Source of the DNA: Candidatus Poribacteria bacterium
Lineage (GTDB): Bacteria; Poribacteria; WGA-4E; WGA-3G
Length of the DNA stretch: 64,000 nucleotides
Assembly: GCA_965205025.1 (NCBI GenBank)
Contig: CBDBFU010000009.1
Span: 32,001 to 96,000, forward strand
Direction of reading: 5' to 3'
Each line of letters opens with the position of its first letter. Within the stretch, counting starts at the first letter, position 1. The notes beneath the pieces are model-generated. The model was not told the DNA's origin, ran no database searches, and saw only the letters and a list, made by a program, of their open reading frames with translations. The position numbers and the translations under genes are program-made. This document shows, one piece after another, positions 46,501-55,750 of the stretch.

Positions 46501-49109
46501 TTTTGGATACCATGAACCGTTCCGCAATTTTCCTCTGTTATCATTACATCTTGTGCCACATCAACGAGTTTACGGGTGAGATAACCAGATGCAGCGGTTT
46601 TCATTGCTGTATCAACTAACCCTTTACGGGAGCCGTAGGTAGAAGTAAAGTAATCCAGTACATCTAATCCTTCTCTATAAGAAGATTCAATCGGAGTTGA
46701 CAGGATTTCACCGCTCTGCTTGGATTTCAATCCAACAATAGCACTGATTTGAATAAATGGATTCTTACGTGCTCTGGCACCACTATCCGCCATAAGATGC
46801 ACTGGACTAAATCCTTCCACATCCTTACCTTGTTCAACCAGATAACTTTCCGTGGCAGGAAGTTGACCAAATAAATCCTCCTCAATCTTTATAGTAGCAT
46901 CGAACCAAATACGAATTTTTTCATTCTCTAATTCTTCTGGTTCGAGGTTCTCCTGTTTATAGAGTTTATCAATAGCATTCCGGGCATCAGTCAGTATCTC
47001 GGTCTTATGATCAGGTACAAGGTAATCCTTAATACCTGGTGAAATTCCGCTTCGAGTTGCATACTCAAAACTAAGTTTCTGTAACCGATCTAATAATGAA
47101 ACAGTTTCTGAAGTTCCAAGTTCGTTAAAACAACGTTGAACAAGATCCGATAACCTTCTACTCCGTGCTTCCTCATTAAAGAATGGTATTTCAAGTCCGG
47201 TGATTTCATCTTTCCATTTTAGTGATGCTGTACCATTCGTATGGGGGAGTACTTCGTTAAATATGACACGACCAACAGTTGTTAATATAGGTTCACTATT
47301 TCCTTCAAAGAAGAGAAGAATTGAATCGTGTAATTTTATCGTTCCACATCCATGTGCATGTGTCACCTCATCAACAGATGTAAACCGTCGTTTTGCCCAT
47401 TCCTCGTTTTCTAATGAGGAGAAGATTTTCTTTGATTCAGAACCATTAGTAAGTTCCGTATAAGCAGAATGTAGTAATTCTGCACGCTCAAGATGTTCTG
47501 GAAGTTGTTTGGTAAGAAAACTTGCCCCCAATATCATATCAAGTTCAGGTACTGTAATAGGTTCACCATGGGAAGGTTTCAGTATATTACTACTACTAAG
47601 TAACAACATCTTTGCTTCAGTTCGTGCTTCAATTGACAGTGGTACATGTACAGCCATCTGATCACCATCAAAATCAGCATTAAAAGCTTTACAAACAAGA
47701 GGAGGAATCCGGATAGATTTGCCTTCAACAAGAACAGGCATGAATGCCTGAATACCCAGACGATGGAGTGTTGGAGGACGGTTCAGTAACACAGGATGAT
47801 CCGCAATAACTTCTTCTAATGCTTCCCACACCGGGGAGTCGGGGGTGACGTGTTCAGTCATGTTCTTCCCACGTTTAATAGTTTGAACATGTCCGTCTGC
47901 TAAGAGTTTCTCAATAATGAAGGGTTTAAAGAGTTCTACTGCCATTAACTTTGGAATACCACATTGATGCAACTCTAATTCAGGTCCAACAACAATAACA
48001 CTTCTACCAGAATAGTCAACACGTTTCCCAAGTAAGTTCTGACGGAATCGACCAACTTTACCTTTAAGTATGTCCGATAGTGACTTGAGGGCACGCTTAC
48101 CAGGACCAGTGACGCGACGACCATGTCTCCCATTATCCAAAAACGCATCAACGGATTCTTGTAACATCCGTTTCTCATTCCGTAGAATAACCTCCGGTGA
48201 ACGTAAGTCAATCAGTTTTTGTAATCGGTTATTCCTATTAATCACACGACGATACAAGTCATTGAGATCACTTGTAGCGAATCTTCCACCTTCGAGTGAA
48301 ACTAATGGGCGTAGGTCAGGACTTATGACAGGTAGTACGTCAAGAATCATCCACTCAGGCTGCATCTCTGCTTTATCAAAACCTGCTACCATTTTTAATT
48401 GTTTTGAGAGTTTTACTTTCTTCTGATGGCTTGAGGTCTCTTCAATCTCTTGAGTAAATTTCTCTACATCCTCAGGTAAGTCAATCTTCTGAAGAAGTTC
48501 TTGAATTGCCTCTGCTCCTGTAGCTGCTTTGAATGTATCAGGATGTTTTTGCATTTTAGCATTCATCTCTTGTTCTGTGAGAATATCTTTATGTTCCAAT
48601 TCACAACTATCATCCATAACTTCTGTTACGATAAATGCTTCAAAGTATAAAACACGTTCAACTTGGCGAGAAGCAAGTTCAAGGAATGTCCCAAGTCGTG
48701 AAGGAATACCTTTGAAAAACCATATATGTGAAACTGGGGTGGCAAGTTTGATATAACCAAGCCGTTCTCGTCGAACTTGTGATTTAGTCACCTCAACCCC
48801 ACATTGATCACAAATTAGTCCTTTATGCTTAATTCGCTTGTATTTACCACAACTACACTCAAAATCTTTTTGTGGACCGAAGGTCGCTTCACAAAATAAA
48901 CCTTGGTGTTCTGGTCGGAAACTTCGATAATTAATTGTCTCTGCCTTCTTAATTTCACCACAATCACATGTACCTTTTTCAGGACAAGACCATGTTTCAC
49001 TTGCTGGATTCCGTCGTTTACAGGATGTGCGTTTTGCCCAATCTCTAATTGTTTCGGGTGATGCGATGCTTATAGAGATACGATTAAAACGGTTTTCTTT
49101 GTCTGCCAT
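43506..49109 (-). CDS. rpoC: RNA polymerase beta' subunit with a large lineage-specific insertion
   Basis: NADFDGD, GKRVDYSGRSVI, QSIGEPGTQLTMRTFH, SAASFQ, LKENVILGRLIPAGTG. Confidence 0.99.
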   Translation of the reverse strand: MADKENRFNRISISIASPETIRDWAKRTSCKRRNPASETWSCPEKGTCDCGEIKKAETINYRSFRPEHQGLFCEATFGPQKDFECSCGKYKRIKHKGLICDQCGVEVTKSQVRRERLGYIKLATPVSHIWFFKGIPSRLGTFLELASRQVERVLYFEAFIVTEVMDDSCELEHKDILTEQEMNAKMQKHPDTFKAATGAEAIQELLQKIDLPEDVEKFTQEIEETSSHQKKVKLSKQLKMVAGFDKAEMQPEWMILDVLPVISPDLRPLVSLEGGRFATSDLNDLYRRVINRNNRLQKLIDLRSPEVILRNEKRMLQESVDAFLDNGRHGRRVTGPGKRALKSLSDILKGKVGRFRQNLLGKRVDYSGRSVIVVGPELELHQCGIPKLMAVELFKPFIIEKLLADGHVQTIKRGKNMTEHVTPDSPVWEALEEVIADHPVLLNRPPTLHRLGIQAFMPVLVEGKSIRIPPLVCKAFNADFDGDQMAVHVPLSIEARTEAKMLLLSSSNILKPSHGEPITVPELDMILGASFLTKQLPEHLERAELLHSAYTELTNGSESKKIFSSLENEEWAKRRFTSVDEVTHAHGCGTIKLHDSILLFFEGNSEPILTTVGRVIFNEVLPHTNGTASLKWKDEITGLEIPFFNEEARSRRLSDLVQRCFNELGTSETVSLLDRLQKLSFEYATRSGISPGIKDYLVPDHKTEILTDARNAIDKLYKQENLEPEELENEKIRIWFDATIKIEEDLFGQLPATESYLVEQGKDVEGFSPVHLMADSGARARKNPFIQISAIVGLKSKQSGEILSTPIESSYREGLDVLDYFTSTYGSRKGLVDTAMKTAASGYLTRKLVDVAQDVMITEENCGTVHGIQKFTTSAGSIGFKISGRVAVEDVVHPTTDEVLVESDTMITPQMAQIIEDAEVSSVRVRSILTCETEKGSCAHCYGSDLTSGQMVNVGEAIGIIAAQSIGEPGTQLTMRTFHTGGVVEDVSERLARKIPAKASGVVRFRDFIPGRTVREEGGLWIVQKVADHLDQANYKVKTVEHPDCKLQPNELLTIKQHEENKERYPGFEVVPITRVIEAVNRPDVIEANSGEGFALQEGQYLTDQEYNACLHRFALFRCSEPQYPVIRVMHPESSLKEGTLVTETEAEKWKTEIRPFDGKWVYRTTSGDILTESEYLRKQNTLNAEMRYEIQTITHTSCPFKEGHLLTPEEESQYHLELGDPVRTVTEVSDGVDLTVGQQLSESEYRDRFLNEKAFEVSLLSNELYRVSEISHSECPLKPGELIEQDNYDSLKDKFGGFSAERLKYRITSVYHPNCKLETDTLLTENEKKAVLKEFPGFEVNITKNEGAFEVERLYKVSAIHHPDFPVAVDEVITQSESNRFRRSYKGFDFEKLYKYTPEGADTEEVLTETDHKALVKHHRDTETPLPEIQRFYLILAVHHEDCALVPQQEIDENEYKKAQRLYKGFDTDRVYKVTAVNDSGSEVTKDEILSDADYKAKSALTSKNTYEITKVIHPNCTLTVGQELNDWEFERAIEQYGGVDVDELIETFRIDIDVEGGGRVSHLIPAGYSVSVEDGEKVNAQHGLAELHEKTTNLDIVVGIPRVTELFEARRPKREDAAEIAEIAGELQLTGQKAGVPQYRIVDDAAKSRLYSIPDEKRRVDAGDIVEAGQPLTDGYLNPHDILSIGRANINGVSLEGEEAVWTYLVDEVQTVYGKNIINDKHVEVIVRQMLQKIRILTIGDTRFYANDEVSRRRFHAENRRVADEGGTPATGEPLLQSISKAALSTDSFISAASFQQSTKVLTDAAVEGQTDYLTGLKENVILGRLIPAGTGFSSWLELEVSKDGIEESDLDEIQVPEEIIQLEE

Positions 49110-49209
49110 TCTTATGCTCCTTTAATGGTTGGGGGTGCAATGGTTATCGGTACTCAATATTATAGAATCAGTTTAAAAAGAAAAATTAACATCTACTGAT
49201 TACCGATAA

Positions 49210-52200
49210 CTATTCGGTATCGTCGGTATCCCAAGTAAGTTTAAGAGGGGGTTCATCATCAACAGGTTCCATCGTATCTACCGTATGTAAGATTGGTAGA
49301 CCCGACTCATGAAGAGCTGCTTGGATTGAATCAAGCTCTGACGGGTTACCTTCAGATAATTCAACATTTAATCCAAGACTTTGAAGTTCTCTAACTAACA
49401 CATTGAAGGACTCTGGTGTACCGGGTTTCAATGGGCTTTGACCTTTGACAATTGATTCGTAGATTTTAGTCCTACCCTTAACATCATCCGATTTGATGGT
49501 CAACATTTCTTGAAGGGTATGTGCAGCACCGTATGCTTCTAATGCCCATACTTCCATTTCACCAAGACGTTGTCCTCCGTGTTGTGCTTTCCCACCGAGG
49601 GGTTGTTGTGTTACTAAGGAGTATGGACCCGTCGAACGGGCATGCATCTTATCTGCAACAAGGTGGTTCAGTTTCAGGAAATAGACATAACCAACTGTTA
49701 CTTCCTGTCCAAACGCGTCACCTGTACGTCCATCGTATAGAACACTTTTACCAGTTTTCTTGACGCTCTCAAGTAATTCTGTATCTTCTAACATCTTAAA
49801 CACTTCTGCTTCTGTAGCCCCATCAAATACAGGAGACGCCACATAATAACCGAGTTCTTTACATGCTAATCCTAAATGAATTTCAAGGATTTGACCAACA
49901 TTCATGCGTGATGGAACTCCGAGAGGATTCAAGACAATATCAACAGGTGTGCCATCAGGAAGATATGGCATATCTTCTTCAGGTAGAATCTTGGCAACAA
50001 CACCTTTATTTCCGTATCGTCCAGCCATTTTATCACCGATGGATATTGGACGTCTGCTTGCAACATATACTTTTACGAGTTTCAAAACACCGGGTTTTAG
50101 TTCTTCACCGGAGGTAAGTTTTTCTAATGCCTCCTCTTTTTCATCCGTATATGCTTTTTCCCGTCCGACAGCGAGTTCTTGCAGACTTTTAATATAATCA
50201 ACAGTTTCAGTATCTGTAATCTGAAGCGTTTCAAGTTGCTTTTGTGATAACCCCTCAAGAAAATCACGTGTCAGTATATCTCCAGCCTCTAATTGCTGAG
50301 GTGAGTCAGATTTTTCGGTATCTTCAGGTTCATCATCATAAAGGATAGTTGTAGGATACGCCAACTCTTTGTTTAGCAAAGAGTCGCGCATCTCCTCTGT
50401 TAAACGATCTGAAATCTGTTGACGCTGTTCTTCCCAGGTCTGTTCAATTTGCTTACGGAGTGAATCTTGCCGTAGGGCAGTTCTGTCACTATTGGGTGTC
50501 GCTTGTCGTGAAAAGACTTTCACATCAATTACAACACCTTCGACACCCGGGCGTGTGTAGGCAGAAGCATCTTTTACTTCTTTTGATTTTTCACCAAATA
50601 TAGCACGTAGAAGTTTTTCTTCGGGTCCTGTCTCACTTTCACCTTTAGGAGAGATTTTACCTACCAGGATACTGCCCGTTCCTACAACACTACCTATCCT
50701 TATAATACCTTCGTCATCAAGCTGTGCCAGACTCCGTGCTGACATGTTAGGAATATCTCTGGTAATCTCTTCATCACCCATTTTTGTTTGCCTGGCCGCG
50801 ACTTCAAATTCTTCAATATGGATAGAGGTGAATGTATCCTGCTTTATAAGAGATTCACTGATAAGTATTGAATCCTCAAAGTTATGTCCACCCCACGGCA
50901 TATAAGCACATAAGATATTCCGTCCAAGTGCCAGTTCCCCACCTTCCGTTGCTGTGCCATCTGCAATGACATCTCCAGTTTCAACAACATCTCCAATATT
51001 CACACGTGGACGCTGATGAATACAAGTACCACTATTACTACGTTTGAAGTTTTTTAGTTTATAAACATCATAACCCATTTCACTGAAAGCATGTTCACCT
51101 TCTTCAACATGGAGTGCTTGTCCAGTTCGGATGAGTATTTCTTCTGCGTCAACGCTTGAAACAACACCACCCCGATGTGCGATAACCATTGCATTCGCAT
51201 CACGTGCAGCACGATGTTCCATTCCTGTACCCACCCATGGTGCTTCAGGGCTGATCAAGGGTACAGCTTGTCTTTGGTGGTTAGCACCCATCAATGCACG
51301 GTTAGCATCTTCGTGTTCAAGAAATGGAACAAGAGCAGCGGAAACACCAACGATCTGTTGCGGGGCAATACCTACATAATCTATCTCTTTCAGATCTCGT
51401 TCAAGCACCTCTTCACCCTTACGACTGCGAACAGGAACGTCTTTTTTACGGGCAGGGATAGCGTCAGCCGGTGCAATATGGAACTTGTCCTCAGCATCTG
51501 CTGTTAGATACTCAACATTTTGAGTAATTTTACCATTGCTAACTGTACGATACGGTGTTTCTAAAAAACCGTAAGGATTAACTCTGGCAAACGTTGCTAA
51601 TGAAACTATAAGGCCGATTGATGGACCTTCAGGGGTTTCTAATGGACACACGCGACCATAATGGGTACGATGTACATCTCGAACCGCCGCAGTAGCGCGA
51701 TCTCGATGTAGTCCTCCAGGACCAATAGCTGAAATTCTTCGTTTATGCGTGAGTTCATCTAATGGGTTTATCTGTTGCATAAACTGGGAAAGTTGATTTG
51801 ATCCGAAAAACTCACGAAGCGCACTCATGAGCGGCTTTGGGTTTACTAAGTTTTTGGGATTCTTTAACTGGGCATCGGCAGTTGTGCTCAGTTTCTCACG
51901 TGCTGCCCGACGCATTTGTAACATAGCAATACGAAATTGGTTTTCAAGAAGTTCTCCAATAACACGAACTCGACGATTTCCAAGATGATCTAAATCATCA
52001 ACTTCTTTATGTCCGTTTCGAATATGCATCAGGTGTTGTAATGTGGCAGCAATATCTTCTCGACGAAGAACCCGATTTTCTTCATCAGGCAACCCTTCGG
52101 ATTCTTCCTGATATACTTCTAAATCACCCAGTTGTGAGTTGAGTTTGTATCTACCAACCGTACCTAAATCGTAACGTGCACCATCAAAAAATAATCGTTC

Positions 52201-53232
52201 AATACATGCCGATGCGGCTTCTCGTGTCGGGGCATCACCTGGGCGTAGGGTGCGAAAAATTTCAAGTAATGCACCTTCTTGCAATGTACCTCCACCATAC
52301 GCTTTGACAGTGTCACGGGACAATGTATTTCGTAAATACCGTAGTTCTTGTTCGTCGACTTCTACCAATACTTCAACCTCTGAGATTTTAGCATCGATGA
52401 GACGATCATATTCAATCTCAGACAACTTAGTGTTAGCCTCAAGTAATACTTCACCCGAATTTGAATCAACGATGGGTTCAACGATTACACGGCCTATAAC
52501 ATCTGTAGTCAACTTAACATTTTCTGTATCACCAAATAGTTTGAGGATTTCTGCATCAGTTTCCCATCCAAGCGCTCTTAAAAGTACTGTGGCTAAGATT
52601 TTCTTTTTTCTATCTAAACGTACGTGAATACAATCTTTTGAATCAAATTCAAACTCTACCCAAGCACCACGATAAGGTATAATCTGCCCTGTTGGAAGTT
52701 TTTGTACACTGGGAGCAGATTTATCAAGAAATATAACACCTGGTGATCGATGTAATTGATTTACGATAACACGTTCGGATCCATTGATTATAAATGTACC
52801 GTTCTCAGTCATCAATGGAATATCCCCAAGATACACTTCTGATTCAGTAATATCTAAAACCCGTGTTTGACCAGTGTCTTCATCTTTTTCTCGTTCAACA
52901 CACATCAGCTTGGCTTGAAGCCTAACTTGATAATTTAATCCACGTGCTTGACAATCAGATAGATCATGCGTGGGTGGACTGAGTGCGTAACTAACGAACT
53001 CAAGACTCGTTGTATCTTTAAAATCATAAATTGGAAAAACTTCTTTGAAGAGTGCTTGCAACCCTTTTGTTTCACGTTCACTTTCTGCAACATCACGCTG
53101 CAAAAATGCAGCATAGGAGCGTTTTTGGGTTTCAATTAAATCAGGTAGGTCAAGAATTGATGGGGTTTTGGCAAAGGAGATGCGCTTACGGAGAGCAGCC
53201 GGACTTCCATTATTTTTAGTAGTAGCTGGCAT
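49210..53232 (-). CDS. rpoB: RNA polymerase beta subunit
   Basis: [61 protein letters not shown] RBS supports ATG 53232. Confidence 0.99.
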   Translation of the reverse strand: [1340 protein letters not shown]

Positions 53233-53778
53233 AAAGTTCACCTTGTGCAGATTGCAGATGGGTTGAAGGTTTTACTATCGGACTTTCGTAACAACTAATT
53301 GACAGTATACCGATCGGATAACAATATTCACGACAACAGATACTGATTTCTACTGAATGCGTTTTATTCAATGCTGTTGTATGAGTTTCTAACATACTTT
53401 GATTTATAGGAATGGTGACTCGTTTTGAATTGTGAAATGGATGGCGTATTCGTTCTCACATCCAATAATTGTGACTCTACTTACCCTAAGATATTAAGGA
53501 TACGGATCACTATATACAGATGTCTATTGATAGGAAGACACGCTATTGACGGTAACATGTTCAAGGCGCGAAAAGACACTTGACTACACACCACTTTTAA
53601 ATAACATGCAAGTCAAGTACTGGATATTCTTTGACACTACCGCAATCAATTATAGACATCCCTTGTTTAGATACAAAAACAGTTGCCAATATATCAAAGA
53701 AGGTGTATACTTCACTAAACTAAAGCGACTCTAACTTCAAGGCTAATACTTATTTACCTTCTTAAGGCGTAACGTAAC

Positions 53779-53808
53779 ATTATACATTAATATCTATAGA
53801 AATGTCAA
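53779..53808 (-). promoter_or_regulatory. Candidate sigma70 promoter for rpoBC
   Basis: TTGACA-N18-TATAAT on the minus strand. Confidence 0.55.
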
Positions 53809-53915
53809 GGAAATTGTGGATAATTGTGTCTAATTTACATTACTTATATTTTAGATGTTCATTTTCAATAAAGGTTTAAAGCATTCAATTAAAATACCTT
53901 ACTGTAACTTACATT

Positions 53916-54452
53916 ATGGGAATCCTAATAGAGCATCATCCTGTCAAAACAATTATCGCAGTATTAACCTCTGAACCCTCCCTATTGCCCACCGTTTATC
54001 AACACCTGACAGACGAATTAGGAGAAATTGACTATACCAGTAAACTAATTCCATTTAATAGTACAACTTACTATGAAGTAGAGCTGGGGAAAGAAATACA
54101 GAGACAATTTATTAGTTTTGAGAAATTAATGGATGCTGGTGCATTAGCAGATAGAAAACTCTTTACAAACAGTATTGAACAGCTATTCGTTCGTGAAAAC
54201 ACACAACACCGTAGAGTAAATTTAGATATTGGTTATGTCTGTATGGCAAAGTTAATCCTTGCATCAACAAAAGATCACGCTCACCGTATTTATCTTCGTA
54301 ATGGAATTTTTGCAGAGATGACCCTTCGTTTTTACCAAAAGACATTTCAAGCATGGGAATGGACTTATCCTGATTACCGATCACAAACTTATATTGCTAT
54401 CTTTAATCATATTCGCAAAATCTATAGGAAGCAACTTGAGAATCAAACATAG
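53916..54452 (+). CDS. DUF4416 family protein
   Basis: F.STTYYE.ELG, K..TN.IE, RRVNLDIGY, LASTKDHAHRIYL, WTYPDY. Confidence 0.88.
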   Translation: MGILIEHHPVKTIIAVLTSEPSLLPTVYQHLTDELGEIDYTSKLIPFNSTTYYEVELGKEIQRQFISFEKLMDAGALADRKLFTNSIEQLFVRENTQHRRVNLDIGYVCMAKLILASTKDHAHRIYLRNGIFAEMTLRFYQKTFQAWEWTYPDYRSQTYIAIFNHIRKIYRKQLENQT

Positions 54453-54488
54453 AATTAATGCTAATTTAAAAGACTGAATATATTAGCT

Positions 54489-55637
54489 ATGATATATAAC
54501 CCACTGCGATATTACATTATATTGTATCTTACGATCTGTGTATTTTGTACTCAGTTCCTGAATATCTCTACTTCTCAGGATATAGATCCACCTCGTCTAC
54601 GAGCGCGTGAACTTGGAATCACTATCGGTTCACTCCCTACTGGTGAACACAATGCAATTACCGATATTCCAGGGGTAAAAGTGGGACATGTCACTTTAAA
54701 CAAAGGTGATTCAATTCGTACAGGGGTAACCGCTATTCTTCCGCATGATGATATATGGAAGGCACGTCTTTTTGGTGCAGCACATACTATTCATGGCAAT
54801 GGGGAAGCTACGGGTATTGCACGGATCAACCAAGCAGGATGGATTGAGTCCCCTATTTTACTGACGAATACTCTCAGTGTGGGTGCTGTCCACGATGGAG
54901 TTGTTCGATATATTGTAGAGCGATATCCCGATGATAACATAATCCTACCTATTGTTGCTGAATGTTATGATGGTGGATTGAACGATATTAGTGGACTTCA
55001 TGTAAAACCGGAACATGCAATTGAAGCTATACAAAAAGCAAAATCAGGACCTGTAGTAGAGGGATGCGTCGGAGGTGGTACAGGTATGCGATGCTATGGA
55101 TTCAAAGCCGGTATTGGTACCGCATCACGTGTACTGCCTCAGAACAGGGGAGGATGGAAAGTCGGTGTACTGGTAAACTCTAATGGTGGAAGGCGACATC
55201 AATTACGTATAGACGGTGTACCTGTGGGGACTGCGTTAGAAGATATGCAATTAAAACCGGGTAGAGATGGATCCTTTATAATTGTAATTGCCACAGATGC
55301 TCCTTTAACACACCGACAATTAAAACAGTTGTCTATTCGTGCGACACATGGTTTAGCTCGAACTGGAACACCGAGTACAGATGGTAGTGGGGAATTTGTA
55401 ATTGCATTTTCAACTGCTAATGTCTTTCCACGAAGTACTGATAACGGCACATTCAAAATTGATATGGTTGTCAATTGGCAGTTGAGTACACTTTTTCAGG
55501 CAGTTATTGAAGCAACAGAGGAAGCGGTTATTAATTCTATGACAATGGCAACCACAACAACAGGTCGTGGTGGTCGCACTATGCCTGCGATTCCATTGGA
55601 TCAATTGAAGCACGTGATGAAACAGTATGGTCGTTGA
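54489..55637 (+). CDS. P1/S58 (DmpA-like) aminopeptidase
   Basis: NAITDIPGVKVGH, RTGVTAILP, PIVAECYDGGLND, EGCVGGGTGM, GS cleavage site then VIATDAPL. Confidence 0.92.
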   Translation: MIYNPLRYYIILYLTICVFCTQFLNISTSQDIDPPRLRARELGITIGSLPTGEHNAITDIPGVKVGHVTLNKGDSIRTGVTAILPHDDIWKARLFGAAHTIHGNGEATGIARINQAGWIESPILLTNTLSVGAVHDGVVRYIVERYPDDNIILPIVAECYDGGLNDISGLHVKPEHAIEAIQKAKSGPVVEGCVGGGTGMRCYGFKAGIGTASRVLPQNRGGWKVGVLVNSNGGRRHQLRIDGVPVGTALEDMQLKPGRDGSFIIVIATDAPLTHRQLKQLSIRATHGLARTGTPSTDGSGEFVIAFSTANVFPRSTDNGTFKIDMVVNWQLSTLFQAVIEATEEAVINSMTMATTTTGRGGRTMPAIPLDQLKHVMKQYGR

Positions 55638-55750
55638 GTTTTAATTGCATCGACTATTTCTCTCAGACTTATCCATATTAGATAAAATAACGTGAGTTTG
55701 GCAAATCAGATCACAAATAATACAACTTATCAAACTCAGGAGAACTCCTA

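Noticed and set aside
49111-49139. TGCACCC upstream of rpoC as an ECF target promoter
   Set aside because: No YGTCA at the 17-bp spacing
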